Shown here: one piece after another, positions 9,899 to 19,648 of the stretch
How the letters are laid out: the number at the start of each line of letters is the position of its first letter
How positions within the stretch are numbered: the first letter of the stretch is position 1
IMG/VR virus record: IMGVR_UViG_3300021087_000009
Span: 1 to 64,000 of that record
Origin: a virus
Strand: one strand, 5' to 3'
Length of the DNA: 64,000 bases
Position numbers and translations under genes: made by a program
Notes under the pieces: generated by a model
Seen by the model: only the letters and a program-made list of their open reading frames with translations
What the model was told of the DNA's origin: nothing
Database searches by the model: none

Positions 9899-10398
9899 TA
9901 TTCACCTTCAAGTTTAAAGTTTAATGATGTACGCATAGGACAATCTTGATGTGAAAATGCGTATGCCTTATGTAATATATTAGCTGGAAAATGTACTGCT
10001 CTATACAAAACAGGCGCAACAATTTTATGACAGCCTGAGTCAGGATCTAGAAATTCTGTAAAACCGCCCCAGCCCCATGTATAAATTTGATTAGTGTATA
10101 TTACGACAGTATGCTTTTTAGGATTATCATCATCTATATGAACATTACCATCACGTCCAGACCATTGGCCGTTAAAATATACTCTATCTAATTTGTAATT
10201 TGTGTTTAGTTTTGAATTGATGTGATTTAAAATATCATTATAATAATATGGATCACTACTAACATCCATAGATAGAAATGGTTGATTTGCGTCCGGGTGA
10301 CTGTTCCAGGAACCGGTAATAATTGTTTCACGAATATGTGTTAGTTGTTCGAGTGTTATAAAGTCGTCTAGTACTTTAATTTTATCGTCTAGATCCAT
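9898..10398 (-). CDS. 2OG-Fe(II) oxygenase
   Basis: HID ... WGGFTEF ... F...ILH ... R.S. Confidence 0.8.
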   Translation of the reverse strand: MDLDDKIKVLDDFITLEQLTHIRETIITGSWNSHPDANQPFLSMDVSSDPYYYNDILNHINSKLNTNYKLDRVYFNGQWSGRDGNVHIDDDNPKKHTVVIYTNQIYTWGWGGFTEFLDPDSGCHKIVAPVLYRAVHFPANILHKAYAFSHQDCPMRTSLNFKLEGE

Positions 10399-10400
10399 TA

Positions 10401-10649
10401 TTATCTACTCCTAACATGAGCTATATGTTCTACAGGACCGTTTGAAACAAAATCCATTCCTCCCTTACTTCCATAATAAACTTTAGAGCGAGGATTATAC
10501 GTTAATTTAATTTCAACAGCTTGATTTAGTACTATACTTAAAAATTTTTTGTCTTTAAAGTTATGTACTTCTCCTGTAACTGTTTGGCCAGTTTCTTCAT
10601 TTGTAACTTCACAATGTGTATCGAAACTTGACTCACCAATTTGGTTCAT
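10401..10649 (-). CDS. Hypothetical protein
   Basis: SD AAGGAA; operon context. Confidence 0.55.
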   Translation of the reverse strand: MNQIGESSFDTHCEVTNEETGQTVTGEVHNFKDKKFLSIVLNQAVEIKLTYNPRSKVYYGSKGGMDFVSNGPVEHIAHVRSR

Positions 10650-10669
10650 ATTAAATATTCCTTTTTAGG

Positions 10670-11155
10670 TTATAATTCATATTCAAAGTTTTGTGTTGTT
10701 GTATTAATATCTTTTAACTTCGCACCGTTGCGTATATGAAAGTGCGTTGCTATTGGGGTAAGGGGTGAAAGGGTTACTAGTGTTTTAATTTGATTATTAG
10801 TTTTAACAAACTCTCTAAGCTTCTCGATTATTTCTTTGCCGGCACCTCTTTTACGTGACCATACTGTGTAGGCAACAACGGTATTAACATTATCTTGAAG
10901 ATTAGCATTTTGGCTCATTAAGTCTAACTCTTTAACACTATGTGGAATATCATTTGTATATGCTATACAAATAATACCTTCAATTTTATCTTCGTATTTT
11001 AAACCATATATCTTACGTCCGTAACTTGTACGCCATTCAACATCTAGTTCGGGGCGAACAGGATCTTCACTAGCATCAATATGGTCTAATTCAACTAGTT
11101 CTGTACCTTTAACCCACTTAAAGAACTTGTTAACATTATCTTTAAATGTTTGCAT
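10670..11155 (-). CDS. GNAT-like phage protein
   Basis: DPVRP; YTVWS.KRGAG; TLSP...A..FH..NGA. Confidence 0.6.
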   Translation of the reverse strand: MQTFKDNVNKFFKWVKGTELVELDHIDASEDPVRPELDVEWRTSYGRKIYGLKYEDKIEGIICIAYTNDIPHSVKELDLMSQNANLQDNVNTVVAYTVWSRKRGAGKEIIEKLREFVKTNNQIKTLVTLSPLTPIATHFHIRNGAKLKDINTTTQNFEYEL

Positions 11156-11160
11156 AAAAT

Positions 11161-11358
11161 TTACGACATTGCATCACGTTTAGCTTGTTCTTTCGCGACA
11201 CGTTTAATGCCACGTTTTTTTGCAAGCCTTCGTTTCTCGCTTGGTTTTACGTAATGTTGGCGTTCACGTAGTTCTGTCATAAGACCATCTTTCTTTAGCT
11301 TATTCTTTAGAACACGTAATGCTTTTTCAACATTACCATTTCTTACGATTACTTCCAT
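11161..11358 (-). CDS. rpsU: Ribosomal protein bS21 (copy 1)
   Basis: V.VRNGNVEKALR.LK.K...G...ELRER.HY.KPSEKRR; SD GGAGG. Confidence 0.92.
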   Translation of the reverse strand: MEVIVRNGNVEKALRVLKNKLKKDGLMTELRERQHYVKPSEKRRLAKKRGIKRVAKEQAKRDAMS

Positions 11359-11370
11359 ATTCCTCCTAGT

Positions 11371-11595
11371 TTAATGTATTGTTTGAAATTTATCATTGTC
11401 TTCCCAATCGACTCCAAAAAACGCTTCGCATATATCTTGTATCGCAATTGGGACTTCCTCTTCTTCTTTGCCTTTTGGAATATATAATCCTTTAAGGTCT
11501 CCACTTGCAGTAATAATAAGGCCCCAGTCGTCATCTTCAAGGGCAGTATCCATTGTAATATAGTCGGGTTCTTTCCACTTTGCATTTTCAGACAT
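11371..11595 (-). CDS. Acidic hypothetical protein
   Basis: SD AGGAG; operon context. Confidence 0.55.
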   Translation of the reverse strand: MSENAKWKEPDYITMDTALEDDDWGLIITASGDLKGLYIPKGKEEEEVPIAIQDICEAFFGVDWEDNDKFQTIH

Positions 11596-11658
11596 TTTTC
11601 AGCTCCTGTGCCAGTAGTCATTTTTCTTTGTATATCGTCGAACTTCATGTTATTACTT

Positions 11659-12366
11659 TTATTTATTATCAACTTTAAATCTTACATAATTTAATTGTGT
11701 TTCTGGTAATTTTGTAATAAAGTTATTACCGCATCTTTTAACTTTGCCTTGAATTTTAAATGTTGTTCCTTCTTTTGGTACTACTTGCGTTTGATCAATA
11801 TTTTTAAAAAAACTTACAAGGTTACTTTCTATATATCCGTTGAAAACATTACAACTGTATTTTTCGATAAATCTTGTTTCGTTAAGAGTAAACATACCTT
11901 GTATAGTTTCGCCTACTGTTCCAATATGTTTGCTTTCACCGAAACTAGTTTTTAATTCTTTTTTAAGAGTTTTCTTTTTAGAGCCTTCAAAATATACTTT
12001 AGGAACTACAGCGACAACCCCGTAAGTATTAATGCCTACTTTCTCACTTGAAATATAATGCATTACTGATTGCATAAAATCTGATAATGTATCTGCAATA
12101 ACATTTAAAGCATTATCTTTTTGTAACCAGTCTATTGCCTCTTTTGCTGTTTCTCTATCTGCCTTTGTAACTTTAAACAGTTTAAAGTCTTCTGGTAAAA
12201 ATTGATCTGGATGTAATCTGTAATTCATTAATTCTTTATTAGCAAACTTAGTCAAGTTATCACTAAAACGTCTAGTTTCCCTGCAATAACTATCATTAAT
12301 TCGATGTGCGGCAAATGATACCGCTAAAACATCAAGTATTGGTAGTTCTGTTGTAGTTGTTTTCAT
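11659..12366 (-). CDS. Hypothetical protein with putative C-terminal OB-fold
   Basis: C-terminal I.GKVK......ETQLNYV pattern. Confidence 0.55.
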   Translation of the reverse strand: MKTTTTELPILDVLAVSFAAHRINDSYCRETRRFSDNLTKFANKELMNYRLHPDQFLPEDFKLFKVTKADRETAKEAIDWLQKDNALNVIADTLSDFMQSVMHYISSEKVGINTYGVVAVVPKVYFEGSKKKTLKKELKTSFGESKHIGTVGETIQGMFTLNETRFIEKYSCNVFNGYIESNLVSFFKNIDQTQVVPKEGTTFKIQGKVKRCGNNFITKLPETQLNYVRFKVDNK

Positions 12367-12435
12367 GTTTGCCTCACTATTGCCTAATTGTTATTATAAT
12401 AATAACATCGTTAATTCTAAATGTCAACCGAAAAC

Positions 12436-13002
12436 TTAAATAATTTGGTCAGCTATCTTAAGATCTATTAAGTTTTTGGCTGTAAAGTATTGATCACTTG
12501 GTGTATTCAATTTTTTACGTACTTCAGTTAATGGCATTCCTGTTGCTTCACGTAACATATTTAAACACCTTAATTCACAGTTATTATTCTCTTTCATTTG
12601 AGCTTTCATATCATGCATTTTGGCATCAAGGGCATCTGAATGTTGATGGTTCATAATACCAGTATTCTTACCAATATATCTTTCTCCATGTTCGCCCATA
12701 GCAAATATTAAAAAGCCTGCACTCATTATAGCACCAATTCCAACAGTACCAATTGGATGATAACTGTTACGCATAGTATCAATAAGAGCAAACGCTTCAT
12801 ACAAATCTCCACCAGTTGAGTTTATGTAAAGTTTTAATTTACGTTTTGGCTTCTTCTGTAAATTTGATGACAAAATCCATTTAATAGCTGGTGCCACAGT
12901 TTCTTCGTTAATTTCACCACATAAGTAATGAATATCATTATCGTATAGATTTGCGTCTATTCTATCCTGTACTGTATATTGTTCGTATTTTTTTGTAGCC
13001 AT
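12436..13002 (-). CDS. clpP: ClpP-like protease subunit
   Basis: LYINSTGG, MSAG (Ser), MNHQ (His), DQYFTA; start moved to 13002, just after TAAATA. Confidence 0.85.
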   Translation of the reverse strand: MATKKYEQYTVQDRIDANLYDNDIHYLCGEINEETVAPAIKWILSSNLQKKPKRKLKLYINSTGGDLYEAFALIDTMRNSYHPIGTVGIGAIMSAGFLIFAMGEHGERYIGKNTGIMNHQHSDALDAKMHDMKAQMKENNNCELRCLNMLREATGMPLTEVRKKLNTPSDQYFTAKNLIDLKIADQII

Positions 13003-13022
13003 GTTACGTGTATTTAGTGGTT

Positions 13023-13499
13023 TTATTGATCCCATGTCCAGCGACGCTTTCCTAGTTTATTTTCCTCGGCCCAGCGTATAAAAAGTCCTAATTCTCGACC
13101 ATGAGCTTCAATTTCCCACGGTTGATCATAGTAATCCATGCTATTTCGGTGATAATCAGCACCTAACCAAGAAACTTTCTCAGCTATCATTAGATCCCGC
13201 ATTTCACCTCTAGCAAATTGCTTGACATGTACCATTTCATGGGCTACACTTTCTAAAATTCTACGTAATCTTACACTAGTATCAATTTCTATAGTAAAAT
13301 CACGAGGCTTGTAACTATCATCTTCCCATATAACAGTACCTAAATTATTTTGTTCTGTATGTAAGGTATTTCGAAGAATAATCTTTACACTAATGTTGTC
13401 TGCTAGATTTTTGTGCATTAATTTTCCAGCACAAAAATAAGCCAGTGATTTACTGTATTTTTTTTGGTTTTTGGTGCCGCCGCTAACAGTAACTTTCAT
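13023..13499 (-). CDS. HExxH metallopeptidase-like protein
   Basis: AHEMVHVKQ ... PWEIEA. Confidence 0.75.
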   Translation of the reverse strand: MKVTVSGGTKNQKKYSKSLAYFCAGKLMHKNLADNISVKIILRNTLHTEQNNLGTVIWEDDSYKPRDFTIEIDTSVRLRRILESVAHEMVHVKQFARGEMRDLMIAEKVSWLGADYHRNSMDYYDQPWEIEAHGRELGLFIRWAEENKLGKRRWTWDQ

Positions 13500-13631
13500 A
13501 ATTAGACCTCGTATATGTTATTGTATTATTATAACATCTTTAAGTCACATGTCAATGGCTTTTAGTTTCAAATAAATCTAATAAAATCAACAGTTTAATA
13601 GTGCGGTTTACCAAAAACAGATAAGTACAGT

Positions 13632-14045
13632 ATGAGGGACGTTTACCAAGCGGCATTTTACCGTGTAATAAAAGAAACTCAGGAGTATAATGGTGTATGC
13701 TTACCAGAAGAAATTGAAGCATATATTGTTATGCTTTTGGCACATCATGTTGACCATGTCGATTTTTTACCTAAAAAATCCTTTGCCGAATCTTACCTCA
13801 CAATAAAATCTAGTCGCACCGCTAAAGAACTAGGTGATACGTGCCTTTTTGTTACAGGGGTATTTCCCGAATTTGGTAATACTGAATATTATATAGAAAT
13901 TGGTAGATCTAGTTATAGTCAAATGACAACGGGCTTGAATAATGAATTGTTTGGTTCGTTAAGCACTCATTTTGTATTTTTAAAAGACTTTATTGGATTA
14001 TCAACAACAAAGCCTGAACTTCCTAAAAGTCATCTTTTTTCGTAG
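13632..14045 (+). CDS. Conserved hypothetical protein
   Basis: KELGD.CLF.TG.FP pattern; TAAGTA 4 nt before the ATG. Confidence 0.6.
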   Translation: MRDVYQAAFYRVIKETQEYNGVCLPEEIEAYIVMLLAHHVDHVDFLPKKSFAESYLTIKSSRTAKELGDTCLFVTGVFPEFGNTEYYIEIGRSSYSQMTTGLNNELFGSLSTHFVFLKDFIGLSTTKPELPKSHLFS

Positions 14046-14221
14046 GGTTGTTTATCCTCAGCAACTTGTCTACACATTGACTGAATGTCTGCAATTAAAA
14101 TATCAATTTCCTGATCCCTTTCAGGCGTCTTTGGGTTATCATATTTTAACTTGCGGCATTGCTCACTTTTCTTATGTATTACGTTGATTAGATCACATAC
14201 TTCACTAATTTTATGTAACAT
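14030..14221 (-). CDS. Hypothetical protein
   Basis: SD AGGAG. Confidence 0.55.
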   Translation of the reverse strand: MLHKISEVCDLINVIHKKSEQCRKLKYDNPKTPERDQEIDILIADIQSMCRQVAEDKQPYEKR

Positions 14222-14326
14222 ACTTACTCCTAGATAAATTTATCTATTTTTTAACAATAGTTTACTATCATACTTAGTATATGTCAAGAACTTTATTCGG
14301 TTAAATAGAGTGACGGAGAACATAAG

Positions 14327-14683
14327 TTGGAAATATTTCTTTTATTAATGATTAAACATGCCATAGTTGATTTGGGTATGCAACCTTTTGGTATAGGAAA
14401 TATCAAACTTCGTTATTTTGGATGGAAAGCACACCAACAACATTATATACCGCATGGTGTTTTAACTATGCTTATACTTGCGTTATATGGGCCCTTAGAG
14501 CTCGCTGTAGCACTTGGCTTTCTTGATTACATACTACATTGGCATACAGATTATTCTAAGAGCCATATACGAGAATATTTTGGTTGGGTAGCTAGTGACC
14601 GTAAGTATTGGTTATTAAATATGGTTGACCAAATGTTTCATTATTTAGGATATTATATTATTGTTATTCTTGCAGGTATTTAA
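14327..14683 (+). CDS. DUF3307-like membrane protein
   Basis: KH.I.D...Q; H...HG; HW.TD; DQ..H. Confidence 0.7.
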   Translation: MEIFLLLMIKHAIVDLGMQPFGIGNIKLRYFGWKAHQQHYIPHGVLTMLILALYGPLELAVALGFLDYILHWHTDYSKSHIREYFGWVASDRKYWLLNMVDQMFHYLGYYIIVILAGI

Positions 14684-15765
14684 TGATTGATTATAAATTT
14701 TTTGAAATTAATAAATCTGGATTTGAAAATGTATTTGGATATGTAAATTGCAACCTTCTCTCAGGAATACTCCCACAAGAAAAATTTCTTAAGACTACTA
14801 AAGAAGCAAAGAAATATAACGGCACCCTTTTTATAATAGATTGTAATATAGAAAATTCTATTTTACCAGAAAGAGTTATAAATTATAGAAAAAATAAAAA
14901 ACTTGCAACAAAGGTTATTGTAGACATATCATATGAAAATGGTATAGAAGAAAAGAAATATTTTAAAAAAGTAGCTGACATAAAACAACATGGTATAAAG
15001 TCTGAAGATATTTTAACTGTGATGAATAAAAGCGGAATGCGAGATTTTGAAAGTATAATTTTTATTGATTTCTTTGCAATTTCGGCAGTAATAAGACATC
15101 TTACATTCCTTACCCCTGTAAGTAACAAACTATTATCAGAAAGAACTAATAGATGCAATCTTCTTTTAGGAAAAGTTAATAAGCCTTCAAGACGTAAAAT
15201 AGTAGAAGCGTTCTTTAAGAGTAAGTTAAAAGATACGACATTGTATAGTTTTCTTGGAACATTTGAAACTGATAATCCGCAGTTAAGAAAGTTTGTTAAA
15301 AAGAATCAAGGTCCTATAGACAATGTAAAAACATTTGATTTAAAATCAGGAATATCAAGTCAAGGTTGGAGTAACTCTACTAAGGCATATGACGAGTCGA
15401 CTGTAAGTTTTATTTGTGAAACACACGAAACTGATAACTCTGTATTCTTTACAGAAAAAATATACAGACCAATTCTAAATAAATCACCATTTGTTATAAG
15501 AGCATCTTTTCCTGCATTAGCACATCTTCGTGCAAACGGCTTTAAAACGTTTGATGACTTTATAGATGAAGGGTACGATTCAAATTGGGATATTACAGAT
15601 GAATATTCAAATATGCTTGTATCAACAGCAGAAAAGTTATTAAGTAAAGTGCCAAAGCATTATAATAAAATGCAAGAGATAGTTGATTATAATTATGAAG
15701 TACTTGTTAAGTTTGCTTTTAGTGAATTAAAACGATTAGAGAAACGTTTAGAAAAGTTAGTTTAA
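14683..15765 (+). CDS. Putative glycosyltransferase-like protein
   Basis: C-terminal ET...FFTEK.YRPI...PF...GF.TF...IDE.YD pattern. Confidence 0.45.
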   Translation: MIDYKFFEINKSGFENVFGYVNCNLLSGILPQEKFLKTTKEAKKYNGTLFIIDCNIENSILPERVINYRKNKKLATKVIVDISYENGIEEKKYFKKVADIKQHGIKSEDILTVMNKSGMRDFESIIFIDFFAISAVIRHLTFLTPVSNKLLSERTNRCNLLLGKVNKPSRRKIVEAFFKSKLKDTTLYSFLGTFETDNPQLRKFVKKNQGPIDNVKTFDLKSGISSQGWSNSTKAYDESTVSFICETHETDNSVFFTEKIYRPILNKSPFVIRASFPALAHLRANGFKTFDDFIDEGYDSNWDITDEYSNMLVSTAEKLLSKVPKHYNKMQEIVDYNYEVLVKFAFSELKRLEKRLEKLV

Positions 15766-15772
15766 ATATTTG

Positions 15773-16960
15773 CTAGGCAACGCCAATTTGTGGAGATTTA
15801 GTTGATTGTTTATCTTTAAAGTCAATACCGCCTGATATAACTAATCCGTTTTTTTGAGCTGTTTTTATATCTTCGGGATTGTTCATTACAAGGAATGTGC
15901 CAGTTAGTGGATTAATAACTAAGATACAATCTAACATCTCTGCTTTGTAAAGTAAAAATAATAGTTTAGTATATGCATGTTGAAATGCTTCGAATAAGAA
16001 ATGCCCTTTTTTACTAACAGCACTTGCCATACCTACTTTAATTTCTTTTACGTATTCTTTATTGCTCATATAGTTTTCCATCGGAAGATTAACAGCATCA
16101 ATTAGAAACTGAATAGCTTTTGTTCTATTCCATTTTGATGTTTCTTTTTTGCCTTTGGCTTCTACCTTTGGCTCTATTAACTGATCGACAAAACTATTAA
16201 GAATACCAAACCCTTTAGTAGTAAAATTAATCTGACCTTCCGGCATTTGGTGTTGTACCTTTGGCCCGAAGTACTTTCTCAACACTTCTGTATAAGCGTT
16301 AGTCATATCGCCTTTTTTTGCCAGTTCAATATTTAATCTTGCACCACTGTTTGCTTTTTTACTAGCTTTAACTTCTACCTGTTTTTTTGCTCCTGTTTCA
16401 ATGTCGCCTTTTTTACCTTTTTTAACAGGATCGGCTAACATAAGTAATCCTAATTCTCCAGGACCCCATGCACCAGCGCCTGACTTATCAATTGTTTTAA
16501 CTAGCAGGTTATCAAATTTTTCATAAATGTCTATGTATTGTTTTCCCTTTTCTGATGAAGTAAACTCTGCCGTAACAGTACCTTTTGGTTTGCTAATCAT
16601 ATTATCAAAGTTAATAAATGGATCTGTTATACATAGACTTAAGAATTCATCAATACGCTTTAATTCTTTTTCTGCGTCTTTAACCTGTATTTCACGTCCT
16701 GCTTTTTCCATAAGTCCATTAACCATATCAGCTATAGAGTCTCTAACTAACACACCTGTCTTAGATAATATAGCTCGTTTTTTTGCCATTTCATTATAAT
16801 AATCCATTGCTTCTGTATCGTCGTTGTCAGGTTTAGGAACTATAGGAGCAAATCCAGGTCCGCCTTTGGTAATCTTATTTGCTAAAGCCGTATATTTTCC
16901 TTCGATTCCTAATTTAATTTTATTAAGTTCTTCATGTGTTATTTGTCCACCATCCCCCAT
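15773..16960 (-). CDS. Putative PD-(D/E)xK nuclease-fold protein
   Basis: GPGE...GD.......EVK motif. Confidence 0.5.
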   Translation of the reverse strand: MGDGGQITHEELNKIKLGIEGKYTALANKITKGGPGFAPIVPKPDNDDTEAMDYYNEMAKKRAILSKTGVLVRDSIADMVNGLMEKAGREIQVKDAEKELKRIDEFLSLCITDPFINFDNMISKPKGTVTAEFTSSEKGKQYIDIYEKFDNLLVKTIDKSGAGAWGPGELGLLMLADPVKKGKKGDIETGAKKQVEVKASKKANSGARLNIELAKKGDMTNAYTEVLRKYFGPKVQHQMPEGQINFTTKGFGILNSFVDQLIEPKVEAKGKKETSKWNRTKAIQFLIDAVNLPMENYMSNKEYVKEIKVGMASAVSKKGHFLFEAFQHAYTKLLFLLYKAEMLDCILVINPLTGTFLVMNNPEDIKTAQKNGLVISGGIDFKDKQSTKSPQIGVA

Positions 16961-17325
16961 ATAAAGGCCACCATTTTACTGAATGCCTTCAATACTTTTG
17001 GGTCTTTTGAAAGATCAAAACCGGCTTCTTTTGCTGTGGCTAATAGGTACTCAACATTCTGTGCTTTTTCATTAATAGCACTTTCTATCCCTTCCTGTGT
17101 CGCTAGATCTACAGGGCGGTCAGTTATTTTTTCTATTTTTCGTTTAAGCCATTCTGCAACTGTATCAAGTCCGTTTGCAATGGCTTGTTGAGTTTTAAGC
17201 GGAGCCTTGCTGGCTTTGTCTTGAATAATATCTATGTATTCTTCAGCATTTTGAGGTGCTGGCGTTGGAGACGTTGGCTCCGATATTTCAGTAGTTAAAG
17301 TCTGTTTAAATTCATAAAATCGCAT
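16939..17325 (-). CDS. Protein with MRFYEF capsid-targeting-like N-terminus (possibly fused to the next ORF)
   Basis: TAAATA 8 nt upstream; overlaps 15773..16960 at a G5 run. Confidence 0.55.
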   Translation of the reverse strand: MRFYEFKQTLTTEISEPTSPTPAPQNAEEYIDIIQDKASKAPLKTQQAIANGLDTVAEWLKRKIEKITDRPVDLATQEGIESAINEKAQNVEYLLATAKEAGFDLSKDPKVLKAFSKMVAFIWGMVDK

Positions 17326-17336
17326 AGTACTATTAT

Positions 17337-18032
17337 TTATACTATTTTAGGGAACAGCATATCTGTACAAAACTTTTGTACGTCAGCTTCGTTAAGTCCT
17401 AAACTAGTCATTACCCGTGGTGTATGTGGATTTTGTTGCTGATTATGACAATAATAATTTTGTGATGCTATTGTAAGCTCACGATCGCCTTGACCTGTAT
17501 ATTCACCTATACTTTCAAAGTAAACTTTTAGGTTATTTACTGCTAGATCTATTATAGCTGTAGCTTCTTCATCTGTTTTAACATTACCGGCGGCAATAAA
17601 ACTATCTGTAAAAATGTTTGTTGCCCATTCAGGTAATTCACGTTTTTTGCTTGGAATAAAGTCTTTAACTTCGTGTCCGAACCATTCAACTAGCGGATGA
17701 GTTTCTCCACCAGATGAAGCTGAAAAATCATGAAAAGCACCAGTCATTTTGTTCTGACCTGATATAACATCAAATCCGTATATAGGACCATCGTTTTGTA
17801 ACATAGGAAAACAACATACATGCATCATCCAAAGACCTTTTGACTCACGTGCATCTACTACATCAATATGGGCTCTACGTACATTATCATTAGCCCAGAC
17901 TCTATTAATCCAACCTCCATCAGGTTGATTAAAATGATCCATGCCTGGCTCATATACTTCTTTGCACTCGCTGTCAAAAATATTAATAATATCTTCTTGG
18001 CTTTGTATTAACTTTTCCCACAATACACTCAT
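17337..18032 (-). CDS. pcyX: Ferredoxin-dependent bilin reductase, PcyX/PcyA-like
   Basis: RRAH, HVCCFP, PIYGFD, FHDFS, RELPEWA.IF, QNYYC..Q..NPHT. Confidence 0.85.
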   Translation of the reverse strand: MSVLWEKLIQSQEDIINIFDSECKEVYEPGMDHFNQPDGGWINRVWANDNVRRAHIDVVDARESKGLWMMHVCCFPMLQNDGPIYGFDVISGQNKMTGAFHDFSASSGGETHPLVEWFGHEVKDFIPSKKRELPEWATNIFTDSFIAAGNVKTDEEATAIIDLAVNNLKVYFESIGEYTGQGDRELTIASQNYYCHNQQQNPHTPRVMTSLGLNEADVQKFCTDMLFPKIV

Positions 18033-18139
18033 GTTATAAAATATCCTCTTATTACTTCATCCATATAAAAATATAGATGTGTTGTTATACTAACCATTAT
18101 TAGTAAAATTACTATTGTTAAAACGTGCCACTTCTTCAT
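18029..18139 (-). CDS. 36-aa single-TM peptide MKKWHVLTIVILLIMVSITTHLYFYMDEVIRGYFIT (not in ORF track)
   Basis: SD AAGGAG; ATGA overlap with the pcyX start. Confidence 0.6.
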   Translation of the reverse strand: MKKWHVLTIVILLIMVSITTHLYFYMDEVIRGYFIT

Positions 18140-18148
18140 ATCTGCTCC

Positions 18149-19648
18149 TTATCTATTACTCCATTCACGATTAGTTAGTCCAGGCGACGATGCTTTGAAC
18201 TCATCGTTTTTTATGTCACGGATACATTCTTTAGCTTTAGCCGAGTCTAATGTTACCGTTGCCGGCATTATTCCACTACCATAAGTCCATAACTTCCAAT
18301 TGTATTCATGATACATACCACCATCTCTAGGATAGTATTGTTCAAAGTGTGTATGGGTAGGCATATTTTTAAATCCAGAAACTGCTTGAAATAACGTGTC
18401 TGTACAATCAAATTCGTTTTTAACCTTATCCCAGAATGGACCAGACCGTTGGTTATTAAAATAATGTAAGCCTATAAAATCAAAAGTATTCTCATATAAG
18501 AAACTAAGACGTTTATTAAATGAATCTCTGTCTTCTTTAGTATAAAAGCCTTGAGATATCTGATCAATACATTCTATACTTGCAGTCATTAAAGCTAATC
18601 CAGATGACTCTAACGGTTCAACAAACCCACTTGATAGTCCAACACTAACACAATTACCTCTCCAGTTGTTAGCATTGTACTCAGGGTCGTAATTTATATG
18701 ATTAAATTCACCTGTTCTTAATCTATCTTCTCCCCAATAGTCTATAAAGAATTTTTCTGCTTCTTCTTTTGTTGTAACATTCCTATTATAACACAATCCA
18801 CTGCCTATTCTTTCTTTAATAGGAGTTTTCCATATCCAGCCTAAGTCACAAGCTTCAGCATCTACGTATGGATGTTGTGGTTCGTCGTCTGACTTATAAT
18901 TAATTTGACTTGCAACCGCGGCATTTGTAAATACTTGCGTATCGTAATTTTTCCAATCACTTCCTTCTAATGTATTTGATAGTACTTTTCTAAATCCAGT
19001 ACAATCAATAAAAAAATCAGCTTTAATAAGACTGCCATCATCTAATACTAAATGATTAATATTTCCGTCTTTAGTTTCAACATCAGTAATGTTTTGTTTA
19101 ATATGCTTTAATTTAGGGTATGTTTTATTACAATATTTACTTAGGAAGTTTGCTAATTTTACTGCATCTAAGTTATAACCTACACCAAGGTCTTTACCAG
19201 ATGCTGTAGTTGTACTAGGTATTTTTTGTTGATCAATACACATTTCGTACCAAGTAGAACATTCACGATAAAACTCTGTGACAGGAACTCCACCTTCAAT
19301 AGCAAGATCAATTAAATCATAATGATGTTCGTTGGGTTTTGTCAGAGGGACTAAAAAAGGTGACCAAATATCAAGACTGTTTCCGTACCAGTTAGTAAAT
19401 TTTGTACCTAATTTAACTGTAGCATCACATTCTTTAGACCATGTGTCTACAGGTATATTACATGCATTGTTTAAGAAGAGATCAAATCCTAATAGTGTTG
19501 CTTCGCCTACACCAATAATTGGAACATTAGGACTTTCAACTACTGTAATATCGAAGTCTGGACATGCGAATAGAGTTCTTGCGGCAGTTAACCATCCTGA
19601 TGATCCTCCACCTGCAATACATATTGATTTAACTTTTTGTTCTAACAT
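18149..19648 (-). CDS. Flavin-dependent tryptophan-halogenase family protein
   Basis: GGGSSG, GVGEAT, DCTGF, WIWKTP (WxWxIP-like), FVEPLES; start moved to MLEQK. Confidence 0.85.
   Translation of the reverse strand: MLEQKVKSICIAGGGSSGWLTAARTLFACPDFDITVVESPNVPIIGVGEATLLGFDLFLNNACNIPVDTWSKECDATVKLGTKFTNWYGNSLDIWSPFLVPLTKPNEHHYDLIDLAIEGGVPVTEFYRECSTWYEMCIDQQKIPSTTTASGKDLGVGYNLDAVKLANFLSKYCNKTYPKLKHIKQNITDVETKDGNINHLVLDDGSLIKADFFIDCTGFRKVLSNTLEGSDWKNYDTQVFTNAAVASQINYKSDDEPQHPYVDAEACDLGWIWKTPIKERIGSGLCYNRNVTTKEEAEKFFIDYWGEDRLRTGEFNHINYDPEYNANNWRGNCVSVGLSSGFVEPLESSGLALMTASIECIDQISQGFYTKEDRDSFNKRLSFLYENTFDFIGLHYFNNQRSGPFWDKVKNEFDCTDTLFQAVSGFKNMPTHTHFEQYYPRDGGMYHEYNWKLWTYGSGIMPATVTLDSAKAKECIRDIKNDEFKASSPGLTNREWSNR

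Noticed and set aside
11349-11672. 107-aa ORF
   Set aside because: Alternate-frame overlap of 11371..11595, which has a clear SD.
13606-13617. GGTTTACCAAAA repeated at 28931
   Set aside because: A short AT-rich match with only two copies; not enough to call an operator.
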